Shown here: positions 1 through 9,200 of the stretch, one piece after another
Layout: each line of letters starts with the position of its first letter
Position numbering within the stretch: position 1 is the stretch's first letter
DNA from: Babesia bigemina
Lineage: Eukaryota
DNA length: 43,559 nt
Assembly (NCBI RefSeq): GCF_000981445.1
Contig: NW_012237264.1
Span: forward strand, 1-43,559
Reading direction: 5' to 3'
The notes under the pieces: model-generated
The model's database searches: none
Seen by the model: the letters and a program-made list of their open reading frames with translations, nothing else
What the model was told of the DNA's origin: nothing
Program-made: the position numbers and the translations under genes

Positions 1-207
1 GCTTCACTCGAGTCAAAGGCTCGACGCACTGGCATGTCTACTCTGACTTGACAGCTGTGCGACGGGGTATGGGATTTTGTATCAGGTGCTATAGGATGTC
101 AGCGAGAAACAGCTTTACAGTGTGGGTAAAACAATACTAATAGAGATGTTACTGAGCTAGAACATTATTTATCCGCCGGGCGTGAGGGTTTTAAGTTCAT
201 TGCGCAG

Positions 208-3200
208 GTGGCGAGGAAGTTGGGGGAGTATAATGAGAGAGTTAAGCAGGGGAACGATGATATGCAAAGCGTTGTAACTAAAATGCGAAATCACGTTGAA
301 ACTGAATTAACAAAAAAGTTGAACGCCATAAATGAAAATAATCTCACTCATGACCCTTTACTTTCCAAGGCCGTGGAGTCAGCCCAGGCCCTGGCCAAGG
401 AGTACGGTCAAAAAGGTGAAGACTTTAACAACGGTTTCAATAACATAACAAGAGACGAATTCAGTAGACGTTCCAAAGTTGAACTCAAAGAACAATTTAA
501 GGACTTAAACTCTGACTTGAGATCAAAAATCAACAACGCCAGGGACAACGTGTCGCATGAAGCCAATAGGCTTACAACGTTGTCGGCCACGCAGAAAAGA
601 AATTTGGAGGAGACGATTGAATTGATAAAACAGACGTGCACATCGCTTAAGAAGTGCGTGAATGATAAGATCAACAAAGACGTTACTGAACTAATGAACA
701 ATGTGGAGAAGAGGGTTGCAGAAATTTTGAAGGTGCTCAAAGAGATTGAAAGTAAGATAAGAGAGTATATTGACGATTTGGCAAAGTGGATTAACCATGC
801 GGACATAGACGTGGGAAAGGCAATGAAGGATATGAAAGGAATTATTGATAAAAGTATCGGCTGGCAAAATCAGGATGAAATCAGCGGCAAGGCAAAAGAC
901 TTGAGCAAAAAGGCTACTGATCTTTACTGGAAATTTGAGGGTGCAAAACGGTCAGTTGAGGAGGGAGTTGATAAGGCCAAAACGGAAAAAGTTAACGAGT
1001 TGACCAAGTGGAAAGCAGCGGGCGACGCAGCTGTTAAGCAGGCGAAGGAGAAGTGTGATGAGATAGTTGGGAAGTTGAATGGAGGGGATACTGAGAAAGA
1101 CGTTGGTACTAAAGGAGGCGTAAAAGATGCAGCTGAGCAGTTGAAAAGCAAAGCTGAAGAGTTACGAGGGAAGGCGTTGGCTACAAAGCAGAAAGTTGCG
1201 GAGTTGGTCAGGGAGGCATTGACGGCGGTGAAAAGGATGGACGATGCGCTGAAGAAGAATCTACTCCCCGCGGCGATCAAAAAGATTGAAAACGATCTGA
1301 ACAAAAATGCAGATTATTTGAAAAATGTTGACAACGATGGAAATGGCGATCAAAACTTCCACAACACAACCTTCTCCACCCTGCGCTCCACCGTCGACAC
1401 CAGCCTCACCGCCTTCACCGACAATGTCAGGAACCTCGTTAAAAAAGAAACCGCCGGCGATGACACTGACAGTGTCCACGCCTACCTGTTGGATTTGGAA
1501 CGGATGCTTAATCAGAATCCCGTTGACCTTAAGACCGACATAAAATCTGCCCACAAATCCGTCCAAGGCCTCGTGACGATCAAGCAGGAAATCGACGCCG
1601 CGCTCGACGGCATCGACAGCAAAGTTAAAGCGGAGTTTGGTGCTGCAAATACAGCCACGGAAAGTGCAACTATTTTCAAGAAATTGTCCGAAGAAGTAAC
1701 AAATAATCTTAAGGGCTTATTAAAAGCGTTTGCTGATAGAGGCCAAGCCGTAGAAAAGGCTCTGCAAAAAATAAAGGATGAGAAAATCGGCCGTAAAGAA
1801 CACGGTGACAAATCTGCGGCTACTAGGGGCACACTCCAAAAAATCCACGACGACATCGTCAACGTGCTTCGCGATCAACTGGAACCTGTCATCACATCGG
1901 TCACTGAACTACAACGATTCGCCCAAAACGAAAAGTATAAATGCATCAGCAGTATACACGGTTTCGTCGACAAGGAAGTCCAAGAAGCAACCAACAAGCT
2001 CATCACCCAGGCCAACAAAAACTACGTGACGTCCGTCAAAGACATGCTGCAGGCCTTCGCCGACAAGGTGCAGAGGGAACTAAAGCTCCTGCCCGGCGAG
2101 ATTGACACCGACAGGAAGCACGGCTTTAAGGGTTTCATGCGGACGTTGCAGGGGAGGATTAATGGTAATGATACGTCGAATGTGAATATGCAATTACTTA
2201 AAGAAGTTGCAGACGAACTATCCCGGCCACCACTGGATAATAAAGCAACGTTTCAAAAGTTGTCCAAGAATTTCCAAAAGTTTTTCTGGCCGCTTAAGGC
2301 ATATATTAACGGTGAAATTAAGAGACTACATAACGAGGAAAATAAAAAGAACCAAAAGACTCCAACTGAAGAGACGCTATACACCTCGATGCTTGGTGAC
2401 ATCAATGCCTCATTTAATGACTTACTTGATCACCTCAAGGAAACAAATAGGTACGATAGTCAGGTACCTGAGATGCTCGATAAGTTGAGTGGCGCGATCA
2501 GCAAAATGAAACCGGAAGACTTCTCTAAGCCAAACACTCCGACAATGGACAGTGTCACCGGAGGTTTGTCCCAGTTTGTAGACGAATTGAGGAAGGTTTA
2601 CATAAGCGTGTATGATCATCAGACGTTGAAAGGCGAGCTAATTAAAGACTATAAACAAGAATCTAGTCTAAGGGGGGTAGTGGAGAAGTATGACTTGACT
2701 GCGGAAGGAAGGGATTTGTCAAAAGTCTTCCTCACCATGATCTCAATCATGTCTAACGATGTTAGTGAAATGCGATCAAAATGCGTCTATTCATGGAAAA
2801 CGTTTAAACTTAACTTACATGACAAAAATAATCCTCTCGGATTGTGCTTTAAAGGGGTCGGTTACGCTGTATCAGATTCTGCCAGAATGCAAAACGGTGA
2901 ACTGCGTAATGAAATGAGTTGCCAAAGTATTAATGAGAAATTAAAAGCAATGGTCAACGGAAGTGAGAAGCTTAAACAAGTCAAACATTGGCTGTCATCT
3001 AACCACAATCGTGATAATGGCGATGAAAAAACTATCAGCGCAATTGACATACTTGACTTCCTGTATGATTGCCTTGAAACGTATTACCGTGTCTGCCACG
3101 TAACCAGTTCCTCAACCGGCAGACATCCATCGTCCGTCTACGATATGCTGCTTTGGCTGACTGGTCTCACGCATAATCGCGTGTACACAGAACTGACACT

Positions 3201-4920
3201 CAACGGCTTCGAAGATCTATTTGAAAAGCCGGACGAAGGTGCCGTTGAAGCTAATACGGAAGACGGTATAGCTGTTGGTGTTGAAAAAGAAGTATCCCTG
3301 GCAGCCTATCCTCACGATATCACGGCTCCAAGATTATCGGCCAGCCTTCGCGATGTTTGTGTCTACTCGGAGACCATACTAGTTGCCGTACTAGGCTATG
3401 GTCACGCAGAAGGACGTTACGCTTGCGACTTCAACACCAACGCAGATAAATTTGCATATCCCGCCGATATGATAACACTAGTATGCTGCTTGTTTGATAT
3501 CGTGACACGCGTTCACCATCAACTTTATTTCCTGTATCGTCAATGTTATTCCAGTGATCTCAGCGGCTGGGCCAACTGCTGGTATGGTCGTGATATCGGT
3601 GGGTCTAACTGGAAGTGCAACAACATCCAATGCCCTGAGCAACGTGCTGACCAAAGTCATAACCAAAGTTGTAACCAAAAGTGCAACCAAACAGTCAACT
3701 GCGGGCTTAAGTCGCCGCTTCAATCGTTTTTAGAAGATGGGTTGCAGGGTTTCCTACCGCATCATCTAAAATTCGAGAAAGGTAAACTGCAATGTTCATT
3801 AAAAAATCACTCCGGTGGTCCTTGTAATACGCCCATGGGATTCGGAGAAATTAGTCAAATGGCGTCACACAGATACACTGGTGAACATATATTGAATACG
3901 CTTCATGAATTCTGCGGTAGCAAAATGTCGCCTCTAACAAAACTCTGCAGTCAACTCAAATGCATCCTCCCTAGTGCACCGAAAACTTTAGGTGACATGT
4001 TCGCTTTCTATTGCACTCTGCTTAATGAGTGGGACAAGGCTGCCGGAACACGTCAGATGCACAGGGAAGACGCATTCCATAAAGCTGTCATGGATTCTAA
4101 CTTCGAGAATCCCCAAACCGAATTGGACATCACTACCATATTCAAGCACAGGGACCATGGCACGAAGCCCCCAAGCCAGAAGAGCTCGCATATTACGGGC
4201 GATCTATACGCACTTGTTGATTGCCATACCAATTCATCATCTGTTTCATCTCATCCTTGCGGTCCATACTTGAGGCCGATTTGTCAAGATATGTGCGCTA
4301 CTTTCACAAAAGAAAATGCAGACAAATATCTGTCTTGGATTGTCTACTGCACAGAGTCATTCCTTGATTTGCTAAAACAGCTGTACAAAGAATGCGCTAC
4401 TAACTGCAATTCTACTGGCTCTAGGTGCCGTGTCAGTAAATGTAGGAATAAATGTACAGCAACTGAGTTGCCGATGTCTCCAGGTTCTGCTCATGATGAA
4501 TCATGTGGATCCATAGTTGACTGCAAATTCATGCGTCCCACTTTCTACAAATATGGTTTCGTACTTGGAGATTGCAATAGTCTATCTGCCAAGACAACCA
4601 AGCGCACGTGCAAAGATTTGTGTATGGTATTGAAAAGCGTTACCAATGAAAAAGAAGTAGATGGGCATCCGCTTGCCAAATTGGTCCATGTCACAATACC
4701 CCAATTCATCTTCCAAATTCGCGCCCCCTTCATCTGGCTCAACGTAGCGCTCTGGCTCCTCTCTGTCCTGTACCTCATCCACATCATGGTCATCCGCCTC
4801 GACCTGCTCCACATCAAATCGCATTTGCACTCACCCTCATCACATCGTATCGCCGCTCAGTCACTACTTGCTGCTGCTCGCGTTAACAAGCTTAACAGGG
4901 TGTTTTATCTGCAACCATAA
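208..4920 (+). CDS. ves: VESA-like variant erythrocyte surface antigen, copy 1 (subtype A); 5' end incomplete or garbled at the window start
   Basis: 1570-codon ORF with a helical N-half, Cys-rich region (CGLKSPLQSFLEDGLQGFLPH), C-terminal TM (PFIWLNVALWLLSVLYLIHIMVI) and tail RLDLLHIKSHLHSPSSHRIAAQSLL…YLQP*. 208 is a GTG; the first in-frame ATG is at 262. Bases 1-90 are an indel-ridden version of the conserved GYDGSGIVYSDLDRLCDGVMGF block, so the real gene extends upstream. Confidence 0.88.
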   Translation: MARKLGEYNERVKQGNDDMQSVVTKMRNHVETELTKKLNAINENNLTHDPLLSKAVESAQALAKEYGQKGEDFNNGFNNITRDEFSRRSKVELKEQFKDLNSDLRSKINNARDNVSHEANRLTTLSATQKRNLEETIELIKQTCTSLKKCVNDKINKDVTELMNNVEKRVAEILKVLKEIESKIREYIDDLAKWINHADIDVGKAMKDMKGIIDKSIGWQNQDEISGKAKDLSKKATDLYWKFEGAKRSVEEGVDKAKTEKVNELTKWKAAGDAAVKQAKEKCDEIVGKLNGGDTEKDVGTKGGVKDAAEQLKSKAEELRGKALATKQKVAELVREALTAVKRMDDALKKNLLPAAIKKIENDLNKNADYLKNVDNDGNGDQNFHNTTFSTLRSTVDTSLTAFTDNVRNLVKKETAGDDTDSVHAYLLDLERMLNQNPVDLKTDIKSAHKSVQGLVTIKQEIDAALDGIDSKVKAEFGAANTATESATIFKKLSEEVTNNLKGLLKAFADRGQAVEKALQKIKDEKIGRKEHGDKSAATRGTLQKIHDDIVNVLRDQLEPVITSVTELQRFAQNEKYKCISSIHGFVDKEVQEATNKLITQANKNYVTSVKDMLQAFADKVQRELKLLPGEIDTDRKHGFKGFMRTLQGRINGNDTSNVNMQLLKEVADELSRPPLDNKATFQKLSKNFQKFFWPLKAYINGEIKRLHNEENKKNQKTPTEETLYTSMLGDINASFNDLLDHLKETNRYDSQVPEMLDKLSGAISKMKPEDFSKPNTPTMDSVTGGLSQFVDELRKVYISVYDHQTLKGELIKDYKQESSLRGVVEKYDLTAEGRDLSKVFLTMISIMSNDVSEMRSKCVYSWKTFKLNLHDKNNPLGLCFKGVGYAVSDSARMQNGELRNEMSCQSINEKLKAMVNGSEKLKQVKHWLSSNHNRDNGDEKTISAIDILDFLYDCLETYYRVCHVTSSSTGRHPSSVYDMLLWLTGLTHNRVYTELTLNGFEDLFEKPDEGAVEANTEDGIAVGVEKEVSLAAYPHDITAPRLSASLRDVCVYSETILVAVLGYGHAEGRYACDFNTNADKFAYPADMITLVCCLFDIVTRVHHQLYFLYRQCYSSDLSGWANCWYGRDIGGSNWKCNNIQCPEQRADQSHNQSCNQKCNQTVNCGLKSPLQSFLEDGLQGFLPHHLKFEKGKLQCSLKNHSGGPCNTPMGFGEISQMASHRYTGEHILNTLHEFCGSKMSPLTKLCSQLKCILPSAPKTLGDMFAFYCTLLNEWDKAAGTRQMHREDAFHKAVMDSNFENPQTELDITTIFKHRDHGTKPPSQKSSHITGDLYALVDCHTNSSSVSSHPCGPYLRPICQDMCATFTKENADKYLSWIVYCTESFLDLLKQLYKECATNCNSTGSRCRVSKCRNKCTATELPMSPGSAHDESCGSIVDCKFMRPTFYKYGFVLGDCNSLSAKTTKRTCKDLCMVLKSVTNEKEVDGHPLAKLVHVTIPQFIFQIRAPFIWLNVALWLLSVLYLIHIMVIRLDLLHIKSHLHSPSSHRIAAQSLLAAARVNKLNRVFYLQP

Positions 4921-5047
4921 TCGTACTCACGTGTTTACTATCTACACTCACCTAGCATATCACCTACTCACCTATACAACTAATTGTTGTCTAATGTTTT
5001 GAATCACTCATTAACCGTTGTACGTGATTGTGTAATAGTTAACTAAA

Positions 5048-5232
5048 GTGCTGAACAATGTGCTGACCAAAGTGCTGCCCAAAGTGTTGACCAAGGTGCT
5101 GACCAAGATGCTGACCAATGTGCTGACCAAAGTGGTGACCAATGTGCTGACCAAGGTGCTGACCAATGTGCTGACCAAGGTGCTGACCTATGTGCTGACC
5201 AACGTGGTGACCAATGTGCTGACCAACGTGAT
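5048..5232 (+). repeat. 12-bp tandem array (GTGCTGACCAA[A/T/G/C]), module part 1
   Basis: About 15 degenerate copies read directly; the same array recurs four more times. Confidence 0.95.
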
Positions 5233-5240
5233 GACAGTAG

Positions 5241-5261
5241 ATGGTTACGGCAGCGATGACA
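5241..5261 (+). repeat. single copy of the 20-bp unit ATGGT(C/T)ACGGCAGCGATGAC, module part 2
   Basis: atggttacggcagcgatgaca at the same relative position as the multi-copy arrays at 14692, 22729, 32166 and 42467. Confidence 0.85.
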
Positions 5262-5287
5262 GTTGATGACCTAAGTGGTTATTATTA

Positions 5288-6221
5288 CCCACCCTACATC
5301 GCTCCCTAATCCACTCTACATCGCTCCCTAATCCACTCTACATCGCTCCCTAACCCACTCTACATCGCTCCCTAACCCACTCTACATCGCCCCTTTATCC
5401 ACTCCACATCGCCCCTTTACTTACTCTACATCGCTCCTCTACCCACTCCACATCGCTCCCTAATCCACTCTACATCGCCCCTTAATCCACTCTACATCGC
5501 CCTATTACCCACTCTACATCGCTCCCTAACCCACTCCACATCGCTCCCTAACCTCCTCTACATCGCTCCCTTATCCACTCCACATCGCTCCCTAACCCAC
5601 TCTACATCGCTCCCTTATCCACTCTACATCGCTCCCTAATCCACTCTACATCGCTCCCTAACCCACTCTACATCGCCCCTTTACCCACTCTACATCGCTC
5701 CTTAGTCCACCCTACATCGCTCCCTTATCCACTCTACATCGCCCCTTTACCCACTCTACATCGCCCTTTATCCACTCTACATCGCCCCTTTATCCACTCT
5801 ACATCGCCCCTTTATCCACTCCACATCGCTCCCTAATCCACTCTACATCGCCCCTTATCCACTCCACATCGCCCCTTAACTTCCTCTAATCGCTCCCTAA
5901 CCCACTCTACATCGCCCCTTAACCCACCCTTCATCGCTCCCTAATCCACTCTACATCGCCCCTTTACCCACTCCACATCGCCCCTTTATCCACTCCACAT
6001 CGCCCCTTAACCCACTCCACATCGCTCCTTTATCCACCCTTCATCGCTCCCTAACCCACTCTACATCGCTCCTTTATCCACCCTTCATCGCTCCTTAACC
6101 CACTCCACATCGCCCCTTTATCCACTCTACATCGCTCCCTAATCCACTCCACATCGCCCCTTAACCCACTCCACATCGCCCCTTTAACCACTCCACATCG
6201 CTCCTCTATCCACTCTACATC
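5288..6221 (+). repeat. 22-bp C-rich minisatellite array (CCACTCTACATCGC[T/C]CC[C/T]T[A/T]A[C/T]), module part 3
   Basis: About 0.93 kb, roughly 42 units; ends immediately before the ves leader AATCACCTCGCC. Confidence 0.97.
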
Positions 6222-6226
6222 CGCCG

Positions 6227-6252
6227 AATCACCTCGCCATAATACCGCTATG
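6227..6252 (+). promoter_or_regulatory. conserved leader AATCACCTCGCC(A/T)TAATAC(C/T)G(C/T)T-ATG joining the 22-bp array to the ves ORF (also 16941, 26101, 34972)
   Basis: Near-identical 26-mer at four array/gene junctions; any function is inferred only from position. Confidence 0.45.
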
Positions 6253-9200
6253 ACCTCTATAAACCATAATAATAACTTGTGCCTTGTCACCCTTCACGTC
6301 CCTTCCTCCACCTCTTGCAACTGCCCTGACCATGTGCCGCCTAGGGAGCCTGGCAAGAAATTTGGTAAAATTTTGAACCTCAAAAATACCTCAAATAATA
6401 ACCCTACTAACATCCTTAATAACCTCTGTACTGGCCTCGAAACATTCCTCGGCTTCAACAAAGACTCCAAAGGCTACGACGGCAGTGGCATTGTGTACTC
6501 TGACTTGGATAGGCTGTGTGACGGGGTGATGGGATTTTTGAGTGGTGTGCTTGATGCGGTGAAAAACGAAAATGAAGTGATAACTTATGATCAATACATC
6601 AGTGGAGACAATAATAGACTCAAAAAAGTACTTGACACCTTAACTAAAAATATTGGCTCCGGGCGTGCTGGGCTTGCGGAGTCTGTCCGCGCGGTGAAGG
6701 GGTGGTTGGAGGGGTATGAGAGGGAGGTGAACAATAAAATTACTGCAGTTACAGAGCCCATTGAGATAATGAAAAATCTCGTTGAACACGATAAAAATGA
6801 AATTAAAATAGAAAAAGACAAGAACCTTATTACGCAGGTTGAAGAGTGGACTAAGAGAGCCAAGCAGTATGTTAGTCTTGCTGACAAGGCCAAAAAGGCT
6901 TTAAAAGATATTGATCCTACGCTATCAGGTAAGTTAAATAATAACATTTCATTGCTGGTTCAGGCCACGGGAACGTTCAAGGCGGCGGCGGAGAATGGAG
7001 ACCTGAAGGACGTGTATGAAGAGGCGGGGAAGCAGATTTACAAGGTAGTAAAGTATGCCGAGACGGAATTCGGAAACACTAAAAAATTGCTACTGAATTA
7101 TTTGAACGAGCATATTACTGCTTTACATGATAAATTAGTCTGCTTGCAACGTGCTCAATTTGATGATCTATTTACGTCTGTGAACAATGATCTCCTGGGT
7201 GCATATGACAAGGTGAGTGATGGTATAAAGGATCTTGAACATAAATACAGAATTAGTATTTTTGATGAGGTTCATGCGCTTCAAAGTAGTTCACATAGTT
7301 TTAAGTTGTCTTTTGAAACGGCTCAGCGAGCACTTAGCCATGTGATCATCGAAATAAAAGGGGACATGGAAAAGTTCAGGGACCTGAAAGAGGTTAACAA
7401 CATAGATGTTAGTCTACGGACTCGTGTGAAGTTGTTAAACAACCTACAAAATGACCCCTTTAAATCCCTTCGAGATTATTTCGAGCAGCTTGAATCACCT
7501 ACAACGCTTTTAGCTCTAGCTTTGGCAGAAATCGGAAAAGGTATGGATACAATTAGTTCGTTTACGAAAAAGTACGAAATGGGCAAAGCAATAAAACACG
7601 CCGCGACGGCACTGAAGGAGCTAAAAAGCTGCATTGAAGGTGAAGGCGATACACAGTTGCCGAACACCAATTCCATTACCATAGGTGGAGAGATGATTAC
7701 TGTTGGCGGTGCAGATAACCTGAGGGATACTCTACGATCTCACATGTCGAACATCTCCAATGTGCTGCAGAAAATTGAGACATCGCCTACGAACGTAAAT
7801 ATCGGTGACACAACTGCTATTTTTTCCGATCTATCATCCGTTGCCGAAGCTTTATCATCGCATTCCAAAGAAATTGTTGATGCAGTAATGAAAAAAATTA
7901 CCACTCAAGTTACGGAAGACATTCAAACCGTTGCAACTTATATACATCAGAAAATGGAAAAAATGGCTAATGCTATAGATTTCACAACGGAAGGTAAAAC
8001 AGACTACGGTACATATGGCGGCGGTGCCCAGCATGCAGCCGGCCTCAAGAAGTTGGTGAATGAATTTCAGAATGCGATTAATCAAAAACTTATCGAACTT
8101 CATGGGAATGTCGGAAAAAATGAAGAGCACGAAGGCAGCGTGTACAAGGATTTGGTTGTGTTGAGAAAAAATATCACAGCACTTGCTACACAAGTGGATG
8201 TAGTCAAGGAAAATGTCAGAGCAGTTGCGGCAGAACTCAGCGGATGTATCAGGAAATCAACACGGCTTGTTAATCATGCACCTAGAATAGCAGGAGATAT
8301 GATGAATAAATTGCAAACAGTAATCTGCGGCGATATTAATAAGGGGTTTCAAAGCGTCCAACAGAAGGCAAAAACGTTGTTCACCGAAACCAAGCAAAAC
8401 CTTACTGCAGCCTTACAAAAAATAGTTAACAAGCAAATTAAAAATGTTACTGAGATTGTTTACCAAGATAGCATCTCTGGAATGAAAAGTTTCTGCAGAA
8501 GGTTAAAAACGTATTTCGTCAATGAAATTGCAAGCTTATATCCACATCCATACACGCCGCATGAACAGACACCGAAATCTCTTCAAGATTTCTCTAAGCA
8601 CCTCACGTCATTCTATCATCTATTTTTACGCGAAGTTAACCATTCATCGTTTGACGAAAAACTGGACCCAGTGTCCACCAAATTGGAGACTCTTCTTAAA
8701 CGCATTAGCGACTCCAAACATTTCGATTATCTCGTCTCACATAAGTATAATGACCTCCAAAACGCCCTCGACAACTTCGCTCCCAAAAAATTTTCGACCC
8801 CTTGTTCCCCCCTCCTCGCCCCCCTCAAGCGCGGCCTCTCCAACTTCGCGCAACAACTCGGCCACGCGTACGTGAACAGGTACTCGGGTAAACAATTTGA
8901 GGGTGAATTGTTGAAGGAAGTTAAGTCTACTACTCCTGATAAACCTGTTTCTGCCCCTAAACAACCATCCGAAAAAATTTACGTTTTAACCCCTGAGGGC
9001 CGCAACTGCGCCAAGGTCTGCCTGACGATAGTGGAGATGGTGTATCACAATCTCGACCGATTAAGAGTTGAATGTAACGGTCTTACTAAACATCAAATTA
9101 ACAAATCCACAGACATAGGTAGACTGTTTTCTGAGCTAGGATTCAAAGTTTCTGAAAAAGGTGAACAAAACGGTGAATTGCATGACGACAAGAATAAGAT

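Noticed and set aside
5288..6221. True telomere or interstitial telomeric tract
   Set aside because: CCCTAACCC is only a sub-motif of a 22-bp unit and is not tandemly repeated on its own.
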